From NCBI GenBank assembly GCA_963734535.1, contig CAVTHS010000008.1:352001-416000 (forward strand): a stretch of 64,000 bases of DNA. The letters run 5' to 3'. The notes under the pieces are model-generated. The model was not told the origin of the DNA. It was given only the letters and a program-made list of their open reading frames with translations, and did not search any database. The position numbers were made by a program, and so were the translations under genes. Below are positions 19,246 through 29,749 of this stretch, one piece after another (position 1 is the stretch's first letter; the number at the start of each line of letters is the position of its first letter). The DNA comes from an uncultured Chloroflexia bacterium. GTDB lineage: Bacteria; Chloroflexota; Limnocylindria; Limnocylindrales; CSP1-4.

Positions 19246-21426
19246 ATGCACATCCCGGATGGCTACCTGAGCCCAATCGTCTCCGTCGGCCTGGGTGCCG
19301 CGACGCTCCCCGCCTGGGGAATCGCGTCCCAGAAGGTCAAGGCGATCCTCGACAACCGGACCATCCCGCTCCTCGCCATCTTCGCCGCGCTCAGCTTCAC
19401 GATCATGATGTTCAACATCCCGGTACCGGGGGGCACGACGGCCCACGGGGTCGGCGGGACGCTGATCGCGATCGTGCTGGGTCCCTGGGCGGCGGTGATC
19501 GCGGTGAGCGTCGCGCTGGTCATCCAGGCGCTCTTCTTCGGGGACGGCGGGGTCCTGGCGATCTTCGCGAACTGCCTGAACATGGGCGTCCTCCTGCCGT
19601 TCGTCGGCTACGCCGTCTACCGGCTTCTTGCCGGGGGCTCGCCGCTGCTCTCGTCGCGGCGTGCCGTCGCGGCCGGAATTGCGGCGTATGTCGCGATCAC
19701 CGCGTCCGCGCTCGCCGTCGGGATCGAGCTGGGAATCCAGCCGCTCCTCTTCAGCGACGCGTCGGGACGGCCGCTCTACTCCCCCTACGACCTCAACGCG
19801 GCGATCCCGGCGATGCTCCTCGCGCACACCCTGGGGGCCTCGATCGTGGAGGGACTCATCACCTACCTCGGGGTCGCCTACCTCCAGAAGCGCCATCCGG
19901 CCTACCTGACGTCGCTCCGCGGCGTCTACGCGCCGGGCGTGGACGACGACGGCGTCGCTCCATCGCGGCCCTTCCGGCAGGTGTTGGCCGCGACCGCGGG
20001 CGGCGCGCTGATCGTGCTCGTGGCGGTCGGGCTGGTCCTCGGGGGCGGCGATCCCGGGAGGCTCTTCGGCGCGAACTGGTCCAGCGTCAACTGGGCCGAC
20101 GTCGCGACGATGCTCCTCGTCACCGGGGTCATCGGGGCCGTGGGCGTGCCGCTCGCCTATCTCGTGCTGCCGTCGCGACTCAAACGGGTGGGGGCCGCGT
20201 TCACGCTCGGGGCCGTGATCGCGCCGCTCGGCCTGATCGCGCCCGGCTTCGCGTACGGGGAGGGCGGCACGGCGGACGTGCAGGCCGCGTTCGGCTACAT
20301 CCCGCAGGGCCTCCAGCACCTGTCCGGCTTCTTCAGCGCGCCGCTGTCCGGGTACACGATCCCCCTGCCGTTCTTCGAAGGGGCGAACGCGACGCTGTGG
20401 CATGCGGCCGTCGGCTACCAGGCGGCCGGGATCATCGGGATCCTGCTCTGTGGCGGGGTCGTGCTGGCTGTCACGCGGCTGGTCGGCCGGCGCGGCGCGG
20501 CGCCCGGGAGCGCCGCCCCGGCTCCCGATCCCGGAGCCGCCGAGGCCGCTGCGACGGCACCCCGATCCGCGGCCGAGGTCGCCGGGCGCCGCGAGGGCCG
20601 AGTGGGCTGGCTCGAGCAGACGCTCGGCGGGATCACGACGTCCATCGAGCACGCCATCTTCACGGAGCAGCATGCCCGCACGGACGGGTGGCTGCAGCGG
20701 CGCGATCCGCGGGCCAAGCTCGGGATGTTCCTGGTGCTGGTGCTCGCGGCCAGCCTCACGTCCTCCGTCGCGGTCCTCGCCGCGCTCTACGCGCTCACGC
20801 TGGCGGCGGCGCGTGCCAGCCACGTGCCATTCTCGTTCTTCGTGAGGCGGGTCTGGCTGGGAATCCCCCTGTTCGCGGGGATCGTGGTCATCCCGGCCCT
20901 GTTCATCGTCCCCGGGCCGCGCCTCTTCGACCTTGCGTTCGGGCCGTTGCACCTCGCGCTCTCCGCGCCCGGCTGCGCCGGCGCGGTCCTCTTCCTCGCC
21001 CGGGTCGGCGTATCGGTCTCGGTCGCGGTGCTCCTCGTGATGACGACGCCGTGGGCGGACATCCTCAAGAGCCTGCGCGCCCTGCGCGTGCCCCAGGTGT
21101 TCGTGCTCGTCCTCTCGATGACCTACCGCTACATCTTCCTCTTCCTCCATACCGCGAACGGGATCCTGCTCGCCCGCAAGAGCCGGGTCGTTGCCCGGAC
21201 GACCGGAGGCGAGCAGCGCCGCTGGATCAGCGGGACCATGGGGAACCTGATGAGCCGGGCCTTCAAGATGAGCAACGACGTCTATGCCGCGATGCTGGCG
21301 CGCGGCTTCTCCGGGGAGATGCGGGCCCGATCGGTGCGCCGGATGCGGACCGCGGACTGGGCGGCGCTCGGGGGCGTGGTCGCGGTCGCGGCGGTCACGC
21401 TCGTCGGCGGTCGGATGCTGCCGTGA
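19246..21426 (+). CDS. cbiM: fused ECF Ni/Co transporter CbiM/NikM + N-like + CbiQ/NikQ
   Basis: N-terminal MHIPDGYL and GGTTAH. Middle GLIAPGFAYGEG...APLSGY. C-terminal DPRAKL...LRVP...YRYIF...AMLARGF (T component). One continuous 726-aa ORF. Confidence 0.85.
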   Translation: MHIPDGYLSPIVSVGLGAATLPAWGIASQKVKAILDNRTIPLLAIFAALSFTIMMFNIPVPGGTTAHGVGGTLIAIVLGPWAAVIAVSVALVIQALFFGDGGVLAIFANCLNMGVLLPFVGYAVYRLLAGGSPLLSSRRAVAAGIAAYVAITASALAVGIELGIQPLLFSDASGRPLYSPYDLNAAIPAMLLAHTLGASIVEGLITYLGVAYLQKRHPAYLTSLRGVYAPGVDDDGVAPSRPFRQVLAATAGGALIVLVAVGLVLGGGDPGRLFGANWSSVNWADVATMLLVTGVIGAVGVPLAYLVLPSRLKRVGAAFTLGAVIAPLGLIAPGFAYGEGGTADVQAAFGYIPQGLQHLSGFFSAPLSGYTIPLPFFEGANATLWHAAVGYQAAGIIGILLCGGVVLAVTRLVGRRGAAPGSAAPAPDPGAAEAAATAPRSAAEVAGRREGRVGWLEQTLGGITTSIEHAIFTEQHARTDGWLQRRDPRAKLGMFLVLVLAASLTSSVAVLAALYALTLAAARASHVPFSFFVRRVWLGIPLFAGIVVIPALFIVPGPRLFDLAFGPLHLALSAPGCAGAVLFLARVGVSVSVAVLLVMTTPWADILKSLRALRVPQVFVLVLSMTYRYIFLFLHTANGILLARKSRVVARTTGGEQRRWISGTMGNLMSRAFKMSNDVYAAMLARGFSGEMRARSVRRMRTADWAALGGVVAVAAVTLVGGRMLP

Positions 21427-22325
21427 TCGAACCCGTCGTCGAACCGCACGGCGAGCCGGTCTTCGAGCTCGCCGGCGTCCGCTACGTCTACAACGACCGC
21501 CAGGTGGCGCTCGACGGCATCGACCTGGTCGTGCGTCCGGGCGAGCAGGTCGTCCTGCTCGGCGCGAACGGGTCCGGCAAGTCCACGCTCCTCAAGCTCC
21601 TCGACGGGATCATCGCGCCCTCGAGCGGTCGCATGCGGGCGATGGGCCTGGAGATCGCGTCGGTCGTCGATGGCATCGGCGCGTTCCGGTTCCATCGCCA
21701 GGTGGGCCTCGTCTTCCAGGACCCGGACATCCAGCTGTTCAGCGCCACCGTGCTCGACGACGTGGCCTTCGGGCCGCTCCAGCTGGGCCTCCCGGCAGCG
21801 GAGGTCGAGGCGCGCTGCGACGAGGCGCTGGGCATGATGGAGATCGGGCACCTGGCCAACCGGGCGCCCTTCGAGCTCTCGGGCGGCGAGAAGAAGCGGG
21901 CGGCGATCGCCTCCGTCCTGTCACTGCGACCTGACGTGATCCTTCTCGACGAGCCGACGGCGGCGCTCGATCCCCGCACGAAATGGGTCCTCGTGAACCT
22001 CATCCGGCGCCTCGGCGAGGCCGGCCGGACCGTGATCACGGCCACCCACGAGCTGGACATCGTCCCCGTCATCGCGGACCGGGTGGTGGTCCTCGGCGAG
22101 GACCGGCGCGTCCACGCCGACGGCACGCCCGCCGCCGTCCTGGGCAACCGCGACCTGCTCATCGCCGCCAACCTGATCCACGAGCACCTGCACGAGCATG
22201 GCGGGGTCCGCCACTCGCACCCGCACGCGACCGACGAATCGCACGACGGGCCGGACGCGGACGAGGACGGGGTCCCCGGGATCAGGCCGGATGGCGTCGC
22301 CTGGACGGCAGGCCCGGCCCGCTGA
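21423..22325 (+). CDS. cbiO: ECF transporter ATPase CbiO/NikO with His-rich tail
   Basis: GANGSGKST, VFQDPDIQLF, LSGGEKKR, DEPT and HEHLHEHGGVRHSHPH. GTGA overlap with cbiM. Confidence 0.9.
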   Translation: MIEPVVEPHGEPVFELAGVRYVYNDRQVALDGIDLVVRPGEQVVLLGANGSGKSTLLKLLDGIIAPSSGRMRAMGLEIASVVDGIGAFRFHRQVGLVFQDPDIQLFSATVLDDVAFGPLQLGLPAAEVEARCDEALGMMEIGHLANRAPFELSGGEKKRAAIASVLSLRPDVILLDEPTAALDPRTKWVLVNLIRRLGEAGRTVITATHELDIVPVIADRVVVLGEDRRVHADGTPAAVLGNRDLLIAANLIHEHLHEHGGVRHSHPHATDESHDGPDADEDGVPGIRPDGVAWTAGPAR

Positions 22326-22432
22326 TCGCGCCCCGCGCCACCTCCGGGGACCGGGCGCCGGGTCGAGCCGCACGCGGTGCCGGCCGCACGCGGGCCTGGG
22401 ACGGGCGTTCCCGGGCGGCACCGGCCCTCGAG

Positions 22433-23458
22433 CTAGGGTGCGGCGCTCGCGGAGGCGCTCGCGGAGGCGCCCGGGGACGCTGACGGCGGCGGGATCACGA
22501 GCTTCTGGCCGACGAAGATCAGGTTCGGGTTGGCAATCCCGTTCGCGGCCTGGAGCGCCTGGAGGGTGATCCCGAACAACGCCGCGATCCGGCCGAGCTG
22601 GTCGCCCCTGACGACGACATAGATGCGGGCCGTCGCGGTCGGTGTCGGGGCCGCACTCGGGGGAGCCGACGGGGACGCGGCCGGCGCCGGTGAGGTGGCC
22701 ACGCTCGGGACAGGTGTCGCGGACGGCACGGCGCCGCTGGGGGCGGGCGAGACGATGGGCGTGTCGCCGGTCGGAAGCGGCATGAGCAGGGGAAGGGCCA
22801 TCCCGATGACGAAACCGCCGACGCCGACGACCACGAGAATCAGCAGCCCGAGGAGGACCGAGACGACAGGCGACCGGCGGCGTGGCCGGGGTGCAGCATC
22901 CTCGGGAAGCGGCGGGACCGTCCGGTAGATCGTCCCGGGCTGCGGGGTCGGCTCGAGATCGCCGCCCTCGGCGGACTCGGCAGGCGCATCGGCCGCATCG
23001 GCCGTCTCGGCCGCATCGGCCGTCTCGGCCGCATCGACCGTCTCGGCCGTCTCGGCCGGAGCGATCGCCGCGGGAGTGACCGGGACCGGCGCGACTGCCG
23101 CCGGAGGGATCGCGACCGGAATGACCTGCGCGGCGAGGGGTGCCGTCGTCGCGGGGCCTGCACTCCCGTCCACGACGGTCGTCGCCGGAACGGTCGCGGC
23201 ATCCGCCCCATCGCCGAGCGCCTCGTCGCGGAACCAGCCGGGCGGTTCGTCCAGGGGGCCTGGCAGCAGGTCGCCGCCCGGACGACCCGGCGACCCGGGC
23301 CACGAAGCGGCCTCCGCCTCCGCGGCTGCCTCGGCAGCGGCCTCGGCCGCGGCGGCTGCCTCGGCTCCCAGGCCCTCGCCGGCCGCGGGCGTGCCGGGGG
23401 TCCCGGCCATATCCGCGGAACGGGAGCGCCTGGGTCGGTATGGGTGTGGCTTCGGCAC
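22433..23458 (-). CDS. single-pass membrane protein with C-terminal LysM domain
   Basis: Acidic low-complexity N-terminus (AETADA repeats), TM helix, YVVVRGDQLGRIAALFG...NPNLIFVGQKLVIP. TACAAT -10 lies 7 nt before GTG. Confidence 0.85.
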   Translation of the reverse strand: MPKPHPYRPRRSRSADMAGTPGTPAAGEGLGAEAAAAAEAAAEAAAEAEAASWPGSPGRPGGDLLPGPLDEPPGWFRDEALGDGADAATVPATTVVDGSAGPATTAPLAAQVIPVAIPPAAVAPVPVTPAAIAPAETAETVDAAETADAAETADAADAPAESAEGGDLEPTPQPGTIYRTVPPLPEDAAPRPRRRSPVVSVLLGLLILVVVGVGGFVIGMALPLLMPLPTGDTPIVSPAPSGAVPSATPVPSVATSPAPAASPSAPPSAAPTPTATARIYVVVRGDQLGRIAALFGITLQALQAANGIANPNLIFVGQKLVIPPPSASPGASASASASAAP

Positions 23459-23529
23459 GGGCCGGATTGTACGGGCCGGAGGCTCCGGCCGTGGGCGGGA
23501 TGCCGCGGGCGCGTATCTACCCGGCGCCT

Positions 23530-24375
23530 CTACCCAGCGTCCGAGACCTCGAACCGCGCAAGGCGCCGCGCCCCGAGCCAGAACGCGACGACCGTCACGA
23601 CGGCCGCCAGGGCCAACCCGGTCACCGCCGTGACGTCACGGCTGAGCGTGCCAGCCTCCGAGCCGGCGATCCCGGCGGCAACGGCCAGCCCGTACTCGCG
23701 GATCGAGAGGAGCCGCGTGCCGGAGAAGAACGTGGCGACCAGGCCCTCCCAGAGAAGGACGTACGCGAGCCCGGCAATGAGCGCCCGGCCCGTCCACACG
23801 GACAGCGTGACGAAGACGGCCGTGTAGGCCATCACGGAGACAACGACGCCCGCCAGCATGCCCAGGAGCAGCCCGGGCAAATCGAGGCGCACGAGCAGCA
23901 GGCCCGTGAGCAGGATCGAGGTCCCGCACAGGATGACGCCGGCACTCCCGGCAACGAGCATCTTGGCCAGGATGATCCAGCCGCGCCCAACCGGCTTGGA
24001 GAGGAGATGGACCACCGTCCCATCGTCGATCTCGGCCCCGATCGCGGTCGTCCCGAGGATGAGCGCCACGAGCGGGACCACCGTGGTCATGACCAGCGAG
24101 TCGTAGAGCTGGCGGGTGATCTGTGCCGTCGTGCCGAGGCCCCCGCCGACGACGAGGATGGCCGCGACCCCGACGGGCGCGACCGCGAGGAGGCCGACGA
24201 GCAGGATCCGCCGCCTGCCCAGGAGCCCCCGCATCGTGACGTCGACGAGCGGACCGAGGACCGACGCGCCGAGCACGGGCGCGGATGGGCGACGCGGAAT
24301 GGGCGGCGGTGACGGCGCCGCCGCGGGCCAGCCTGGCACGGGGTCGCGACGGGATGGAGGGGCCCCGCTGCTCAT
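23530..24375 (-). CDS. ABC-2 type permease
   Basis: GAEIDDGTVVHLLSKPVGR...AK and multiple TM helices. Confidence 0.85.
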   Translation of the reverse strand: MSSGAPPSRRDPVPGWPAAAPSPPPIPRRPSAPVLGASVLGPLVDVTMRGLLGRRRILLVGLLAVAPVGVAAILVVGGGLGTTAQITRQLYDSLVMTTVVPLVALILGTTAIGAEIDDGTVVHLLSKPVGRGWIILAKMLVAGSAGVILCGTSILLTGLLLVRLDLPGLLLGMLAGVVVSVMAYTAVFVTLSVWTGRALIAGLAYVLLWEGLVATFFSGTRLLSIREYGLAVAAGIAGSEAGTLSRDVTAVTGLALAAVVTVVAFWLGARRLARFEVSDAG

Positions 24376-25301
24376 CGGCGCACCAGGTAGTCGAAGACCG
24401 ACTCGAGCGACTCGTCGGCGGGGGCCAGCTCGAAGATCGAGACGCCGGCGTCGCGTGCCATGACCGGGAGCTCCCGGGTGAACGTCGCGAAGTCCGCCGT
24501 TCGCACGTCGAGCCTGCCGTCCTCGAAGGTGAGCCCGGAGACCGTGGGCCGGCCCGCCAGGCGCCCCGCCAGCGCGCGATCGTCGGACGTGCGGAGCGTG
24601 AAGGAGTGCGGGCGATCGGTCATCAACCGCCGGATCTCGCGAAAGTCGCCCGACGCCGCCAGTCGCCCCGACACGACCACGAGGACGCGCTCGGCGACAC
24701 GCTCCACCTCCTCGAGGATGTGCGACGAGAAGAGGATCACGCGGCCCTCGTTGGCCAGCGTCCGGAGGAGCGACATCATGTGGAGGCGCTGGCGCGGATC
24801 CATCCCGTTGAACGGCTCGTCCAGGATCAGCACGGCCGGGTCATGGACCAGGGCGGCCGCGACCTTCGCCCGCTGGCGCATCCCCTTCGAGTAGGTCGCG
24901 AGCTCGCGGTCGGCTGCCGCTGCGAGCTCCACCGTACCAAGCGCCCGGTCGACGGCGCCGGTTCCGACGGGCAGACCCTGGAGCTGCGCGCTGAGCCGGA
25001 CGAACTCGCGGGCGGTCAGGTACGGGAAGACGGCCTCGCGCTCCGGGACGAGGCCAACGCGCCGGTAGACGGCCGGGTCGCCGAACGTCGGCCGCCCGTC
25101 CACGCTGACGTTCCCGGCCGAGGGACGCAGGAGCCCCGCGACGAGGTGGAGGAGGGTGCTCTTGCCGGCCCCGTTCGGCCCCAGGAGGCCCGTCACGCCC
25201 GGCTCGAGGGTGAAGGTGATGTCGTTCACGGCCACGACGTTGCCGTACCACTTCGCGACCGCGCTGACCTCGACGCTCGGGGTCGCTGCGAGCAGGCTCA
25301 C
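24372..25301 (-). CDS. ABC transporter ATP-binding protein
   Basis: GPNGAGKST, YSKGMRQR, LDEPFNG. Confidence 0.93.
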   Translation of the reverse strand: MSLLAATPSVEVSAVAKWYGNVVAVNDITFTLEPGVTGLLGPNGAGKSTLLHLVAGLLRPSAGNVSVDGRPTFGDPAVYRRVGLVPEREAVFPYLTAREFVRLSAQLQGLPVGTGAVDRALGTVELAAAADRELATYSKGMRQRAKVAAALVHDPAVLILDEPFNGMDPRQRLHMMSLLRTLANEGRVILFSSHILEEVERVAERVLVVVSGRLAASGDFREIRRLMTDRPHSFTLRTSDDRALAGRLAGRPTVSGLTFEDGRLDVRTADFATFTRELPVMARDAGVSIFELAPADESLESVFDYLVRR

Positions 25302-26212
25302 GCCTCGATCCGGCGGTATCGCATGACCAGAACGACGAGCGTCACGACGGCGACCACCACCGCACCGGCCGCGAAGACGGCCGGGTCGATCCCGGAGCGC
25401 GTGACGGTCACGTTTCGCCCGACGCCACCGAACATCGTCGTGGCGAGCCCGTCGAGAAGCGCGTACGGGTCCAGCAGCGCGACGTAGCGGAACGGGTCCC
25501 GCAGGCGGCCCTGGACGACGAGGACCTGCACCACGCCGCTCAGCACGAGGAACGTGGCCACGATCGCGCCCGCCGAGAAGGCGCGCCGGGGAACGAACGC
25601 GGCGATCACGAGGCCTACGCCGGAGAAGAACGCCGCGGCGACGAGCGTGCTCGCGAGGATCGGCCAGACGAGCGGCAGGGCCTCGGCGAAGCCGGCACCC
25701 AGGTCGATCGAGGCGAACACGATCCCGAGCAGGAGGATCAGCTGCGGCACGAAGAGGACGATGGCCAGCGCCGAGACAAGCGCCCCGTACTTGGCCAGGG
25801 CATAGTCCGTGCGCTCCAGGGCGCGGCTGAAGTAGAGGGTCAGGACGTGGTGGCGCTGGTCACGCCCCAGCAGCTCGGGCGCCTGCGCGGTCACGAAGAA
25901 GGCGATGAAGGTCTGCACGAAGGTGAGGTAGTTCTCCGGCGTGATCGGCGACACTCGTTCCGTTGCCTGCCCGGCGAGCGCCCGGAAGCCGACGGCGAGG
26001 ATCGCGGGAAGCAGGGTCAGCCCCGCCAGCGCGAAGGGCGCGATCTTGGCGCGACCACCCCGGCCGATCCCGAACGTCCACTTCAGCGATTGGGTGAAAA
26101 GCGTGGTGATCGCGTGCCGGCGGCCCAGGCGGGGACCGTCGTAGCCGCGGTAGCCCAGGTCGAAGATGGAGCCCGTCGCGCTTCCCGCCACGAGGTCAGG
26201 CGGCTGAGCCAT
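25298..26212 (-). CDS. ABC-2 type permease
   Basis: IFDLGYRGYDGPRLG, APELLGRD...LYFSRAL...DY and TM helices. Confidence 0.85.
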   Translation of the reverse strand: MAQPPDLVAGSATGSIFDLGYRGYDGPRLGRRHAITTLFTQSLKWTFGIGRGGRAKIAPFALAGLTLLPAILAVGFRALAGQATERVSPITPENYLTFVQTFIAFFVTAQAPELLGRDQRHHVLTLYFSRALERTDYALAKYGALVSALAIVLFVPQLILLLGIVFASIDLGAGFAEALPLVWPILASTLVAAAFFSGVGLVIAAFVPRRAFSAGAIVATFLVLSGVVQVLVVQGRLRDPFRYVALLDPYALLDGLATTMFGGVGRNVTVTRSGIDPAVFAAGAVVVAVVTLVVLVMRYRRIEA

Positions 26213-27140
26213 CGGCGCCCTCCTCATCGGGATCGTCGCGGAACAGGTCCTCCACCCGGTGTCGTGCCGCCTCGATGCGGATCAGCGCGAGCCCGCGGGA
26301 CGCGGCCGCGTCCCGGATGACGTCGTAGGGGCGCACGTCGCCGGGGGCGACCAGGACCCGTCTTGGCCCGTCCACCTTGGCGCGGAAGCCGGCCGCCACG
26401 AGATCGGCGGCCAGGTCGTCGGCCCCTTCGTCCACCTCGACGATGAGCGTCCCGGTCCGGCCCGTGAAGCTGGCCAGCGGCGCAGACCGCAGGAGCCGCC
26501 CGCCATCGATCGCCACGACATGGTCGCAGACGCGCTCGATCTCGCCGAGCAGGTGCGAGCAGACGAGGACGGCGATCCCGAACTCGGTCCCGGTTCGGCG
26601 GATCAGGTCCAGCATCTCGTCGCGCCCGGCGGGATCGAGGCCGTTGGTCGGCTCGTCGAGAAGGAGGAGCCGCGGGTCGTGGACGAGCGCCTGGGCAAGC
26701 TTCACGCGCTGCCGCATCCCGGTCGAGTAGCCGCCGATCGGCCTGTAGCGCTCCTCGAAGAGCCCCACGTGGCGAAGGACGTCTGCTGTCCGCTCGCGGG
26801 CAGCGGTCCGGGGGAGACCGCTCATCTCCGCGAGGTGCGCCACGAGATCGGTGGCGGTCAGGTCGGGCGGCAGCACGTCGTGCTCGGGCATGTACCCGAC
26901 CCGCTCGCGGATGCGGCCGCCATGCGTCGCGGTGTCGAGACCCAGGACCGATGCCCGCCCGCTGGTCGGCGCCAGGAGCCCCAGCAGGATCCGCAGGAAC
27001 GTGCTCTTGCCGGCCCCGTTCGCCCCGACCAGGCCCACGATCCCGGGCTCGATCTCGACCGTCAGCGCGTCGAGCGCAAGGACGCCGCCGGCCGGCCCCG
27101 GGTAGCGCTTGGTGAGGTTCTCCGTCGCGATCAGCGGCAC
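26196..27140 (-). CDS. ABC transporter ATP-binding protein
   Basis: GANGAGKST, YSTGMRQR, LDEPTNG. Confidence 0.93.
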   Translation of the reverse strand: MPLIATENLTKRYPGPAGGVLALDALTVEIEPGIVGLVGANGAGKSTFLRILLGLLAPTSGRASVLGLDTATHGGRIRERVGYMPEHDVLPPDLTATDLVAHLAEMSGLPRTAARERTADVLRHVGLFEERYRPIGGYSTGMRQRVKLAQALVHDPRLLLLDEPTNGLDPAGRDEMLDLIRRTGTEFGIAVLVCSHLLGEIERVCDHVVAIDGGRLLRSAPLASFTGRTGTLIVEVDEGADDLAADLVAAGFRAKVDGPRRVLVAPGDVRPYDVIRDAAASRGLALIRIEAARHRVEDLFRDDPDEEGADGSAA

Positions 27141-27186
27141 CCGGGCAGTGTACCGGTGCCCCGGTGCCCCGGTGCCGCGGCCGGGA

Positions 27187-27250
27187 CGGGCTCGACGCTC
27201 CCGGGCCGGGCTCGACGCTGCCGGGCGGGGCTGGGCTCGACGCTCCCGGG
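27187..27250. repeat. short direct repeats (gggctcgacgct x3)
   Basis: Three copies in the intergenic region. Confidence 0.6.
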
Positions 27251-27276
27251 ACGGCGGCGGACGCCATGCGCCGCCG

Positions 27277-28716
27277 TCACACGGCCGGCTTGACCGCCAC
27301 GATCGACTGGCCCAGCGACCAGAGCGTGGTCGCGGTCAGCGCGACCATGAAGACCGCCAGCGGCAGCTGGCGCAGTCGCAGCGACCGAAGCGTCCCCGGG
27401 GAGTCGGCGTCGAGGTCCCGCGCGGCCGCGGCATGGCCGGCCACCGCTCCGAGCATGTGGCCGCCGACGACGACGCCGAGCTGGACCGCCCAGACGATGC
27501 CGGGCGGGAGCCATCCGCTGCTCGGCGTGAAGAACGCGAGGCCACCGAGGTTCCAGCCCTGCAGGAACGGGTCGCCCAGGGCGATCAGGATCTTCTGGCC
27601 ATCGATGAGCACGAAGGTGAGGTAGTGGCCCGCGATATACCCCGCCGCGATCGGGACGAGACCGGCGCCGACCGCCGCGACGCCGACGGCAGCGCCGGAC
27701 GATCCGGCGACCACGCGCGCCACGCCGAGCGCGAGGATGACGGCGATGCCGAGGAAGACCGACAGCGTGAGCGTCCCACCCGCGATCCCGGTCAGCCCCA
27801 CCGTGTTGTACCAGAGCTGCGTCTGCGAGAGACCGTCGTAGAGGACGCCGGCCACCCCGAGGGCGCCAAGGGCGACGTCGGCGCGCCCCCAGCCAGGCTC
27901 GAGGAGCCCGGCACCGAACGATCGACGGCGGACGACGCCGGCCACCGGCGGGCCGGCCAGGGCGATCGGGGCGATCCGCCCCAGCAGCCCGAACCAGACG
28001 CTGAACACCTCTGCTCGAGCCCGCCACTCGTCCCGGCCGAACTGCACCATCCCGAGGAGCGTGATCGCCAGGTAGGCCAGGAACGCCCCCACGAGAATCC
28101 GGCCACCGCCACCGCCGGTCACGATCAGCTCCAGCCAGACGAAGACGGCGTAGCCGGCCGCGGCGGGCGCGCGGCCGAGCCGTCTCGGATAGGGCGCCGG
28201 CTCCCACGGGGCGACGCCGAGACGCCGCACGATCCACGCGCCGGCGTCGAAGAGGGTCGTGAACGGGTCGAGCCACGCCCAGACCGGGCCCACGAGCGCG
28301 GAGATGAGCGCCAGGCCGACCCAGCCGTAGATCCAGAGGAACAGGACGCCCACGTCGCCGTCGCTTGCCCCGCCGACGACGCCCTGCGCCACGATCCAGC
28401 CGACGGCGATGACGCCCGCCAGCCGCAACGCAGTCCGGAGCCACCCGGGCACGGTCCGCGGCCGGTCGTCGCCGGCCCCGAACGGGCGCACGTCCCGCAC
28501 GAAGACGATCGCGAACGAGAGTCCCACCGCCGCGGCCGCCCCGGCCAGGTAGACGGGGAGCGGGATCGGCGATTCGAAGAGCCCCACCAGCTGATGGCCG
28601 AGCGCCGCTCCGGGGAACGCGAGCAGCGCGAGCGTCACCGCCCCGCTGATCCCCGCGAGGCGCGCCGCCGCGCGACGCACACGCGTGTCCGGTCGCCTCA
28701 CGTCGGCTGCGCCCAT
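27277..28716 (-). CDS. polytopic membrane protein of CopC cluster (uncharacterised)
   Basis: Signal peptide followed by His (LGHQLVGLFESPIPL), about 10 TM segments, PIAAGYIAGHYL and GHMLG motifs. Confidence 0.75.
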   Translation of the reverse strand: MGAADVRRPDTRVRRAAARLAGISGAVTLALLAFPGAALGHQLVGLFESPIPLPVYLAGAAAAVGLSFAIVFVRDVRPFGAGDDRPRTVPGWLRTALRLAGVIAVGWIVAQGVVGGASDGDVGVLFLWIYGWVGLALISALVGPVWAWLDPFTTLFDAGAWIVRRLGVAPWEPAPYPRRLGRAPAAAGYAVFVWLELIVTGGGGGRILVGAFLAYLAITLLGMVQFGRDEWRARAEVFSVWFGLLGRIAPIALAGPPVAGVVRRRSFGAGLLEPGWGRADVALGALGVAGVLYDGLSQTQLWYNTVGLTGIAGGTLTLSVFLGIAVILALGVARVVAGSSGAAVGVAAVGAGLVPIAAGYIAGHYLTFVLIDGQKILIALGDPFLQGWNLGGLAFFTPSSGWLPPGIVWAVQLGVVVGGHMLGAVAGHAAAARDLDADSPGTLRSLRLRQLPLAVFMVALTATTLWSLGQSIVAVKPAV

Positions 28717-29072
28717 GGCGCGTCCACCATTCGATACACCACGTTTCGGCCGCCTTCCTCGCGGTAGGCCACCGCGATGGGCCCGAGCGTTGCGGCATGC
28801 ACCGCCAGGTGCGAGGCGGGGAAGGCCGCCCCGTCGGTTTCCAGCGTGCCCACCGCGAACGGGATGACCTGGCCGTCGGTCGTCCGCAGCGTGAAGCTGG
28901 TCACCTGTCCGCCCGTCGCATCGATCGCGAGCACCACTCCCGCGGCGGTCTTCCCGGAAGCGCCACAGCCGACCAGCGCGACCGCCATCGCAACCGCGAG
29001 CGCCAGCGGCGCGCGACGACGCGCCCGTGATCGCTCGGGCGTGGCGGCGCGGATACCGCGAACCTGTTCCAC
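28698..29072 (-). CDS. small lipoprotein
   Basis: LVGC lipobox and FPASHLAVH. Start position is uncertain. Confidence 0.65.
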   Translation of the reverse strand: MEQVRGIRAATPERSRARRRAPLALAVAMAVALVGCGASGKTAAGVVLAIDATGGQVTSFTLRTTDGQVIPFAVGTLETDGAAFPASHLAVHAATLGPIAVAYREEGGRNVVYRMVDAPWAQPT

Positions 29073-29076
29073 CTGA

Positions 29077-29655
29077 TCAGCGCGACCGGCGCAGGAACCA
29101 GGCCAGTCCTGCAATGACCAGGGAAGCCAGGACCACGAGCGCCACTGCGATATCTCCGGACCCGCCCGAGCTGCCGCCAGCCGCAGCGCCCGGAGACGCG
29201 ATGGGGGTGGCGGCCGTGCCGGGCGATGCAGACCCCGCCTGGACGGATCCTTCCGCGGGAGCCGCAATCGTGAACCTGAACGTTCCCCGCTCGATCCCGT
29301 TGTCGTCCGGCGTGATCGTGGTCCAGCGAACGCTGTAGACCCCGGGCGCGAGCGTGCCGTAGCCGGAGATCGTCATGGATTCGGCAGTCGCCGAGGTCAC
29401 GGCGGCGTTCGCCGCAAGCGTCGAACCATCGGGACCGAGCAGCTCCATCGAGCTCCTGCCCGTGTCGAATGCCTCGGCGAAGGTCGCGCTGATCGATGCC
29501 GGGGAGGCCGTGAGCGTCGTGCCGTCCGCCGGATCGGAGCTGGCCAGCGACGCGTGCGCCAGCGCGGCGGCGACCGGCGTGAGGATCAGGAGGGCAAGCG
29601 CGAACGCCGATGCCCAGAGCCACGGGCGCGCGAGTCGAGCCGATCGAGGGATCAT
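29077..29655 (-). CDS. copC: CopC-like copper-binding protein with C-terminal TM anchor
   Basis: Signal peptide then HASLASSDPADG, and PGVYSVRW...DD.G...GTFRFT. Confidence 0.82.
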   Translation of the reverse strand: MIPRSARLARPWLWASAFALALLILTPVAAALAHASLASSDPADGTTLTASPASISATFAEAFDTGRSSMELLGPDGSTLAANAAVTSATAESMTISGYGTLAPGVYSVRWTTITPDDNGIERGTFRFTIAAPAEGSVQAGSASPGTAATPIASPGAAAGGSSGGSGDIAVALVVLASLVIAGLAWFLRRSR

Positions 29656-29749
29656 CGCGCGGCACGGTAGCAGGAACCGCGCCGGCGGACGTTTGTGCGC
29701 CCGCGGCACGGGACGACCGTCCATCGGCCGCACTCGAAGCGCAGCCGAG

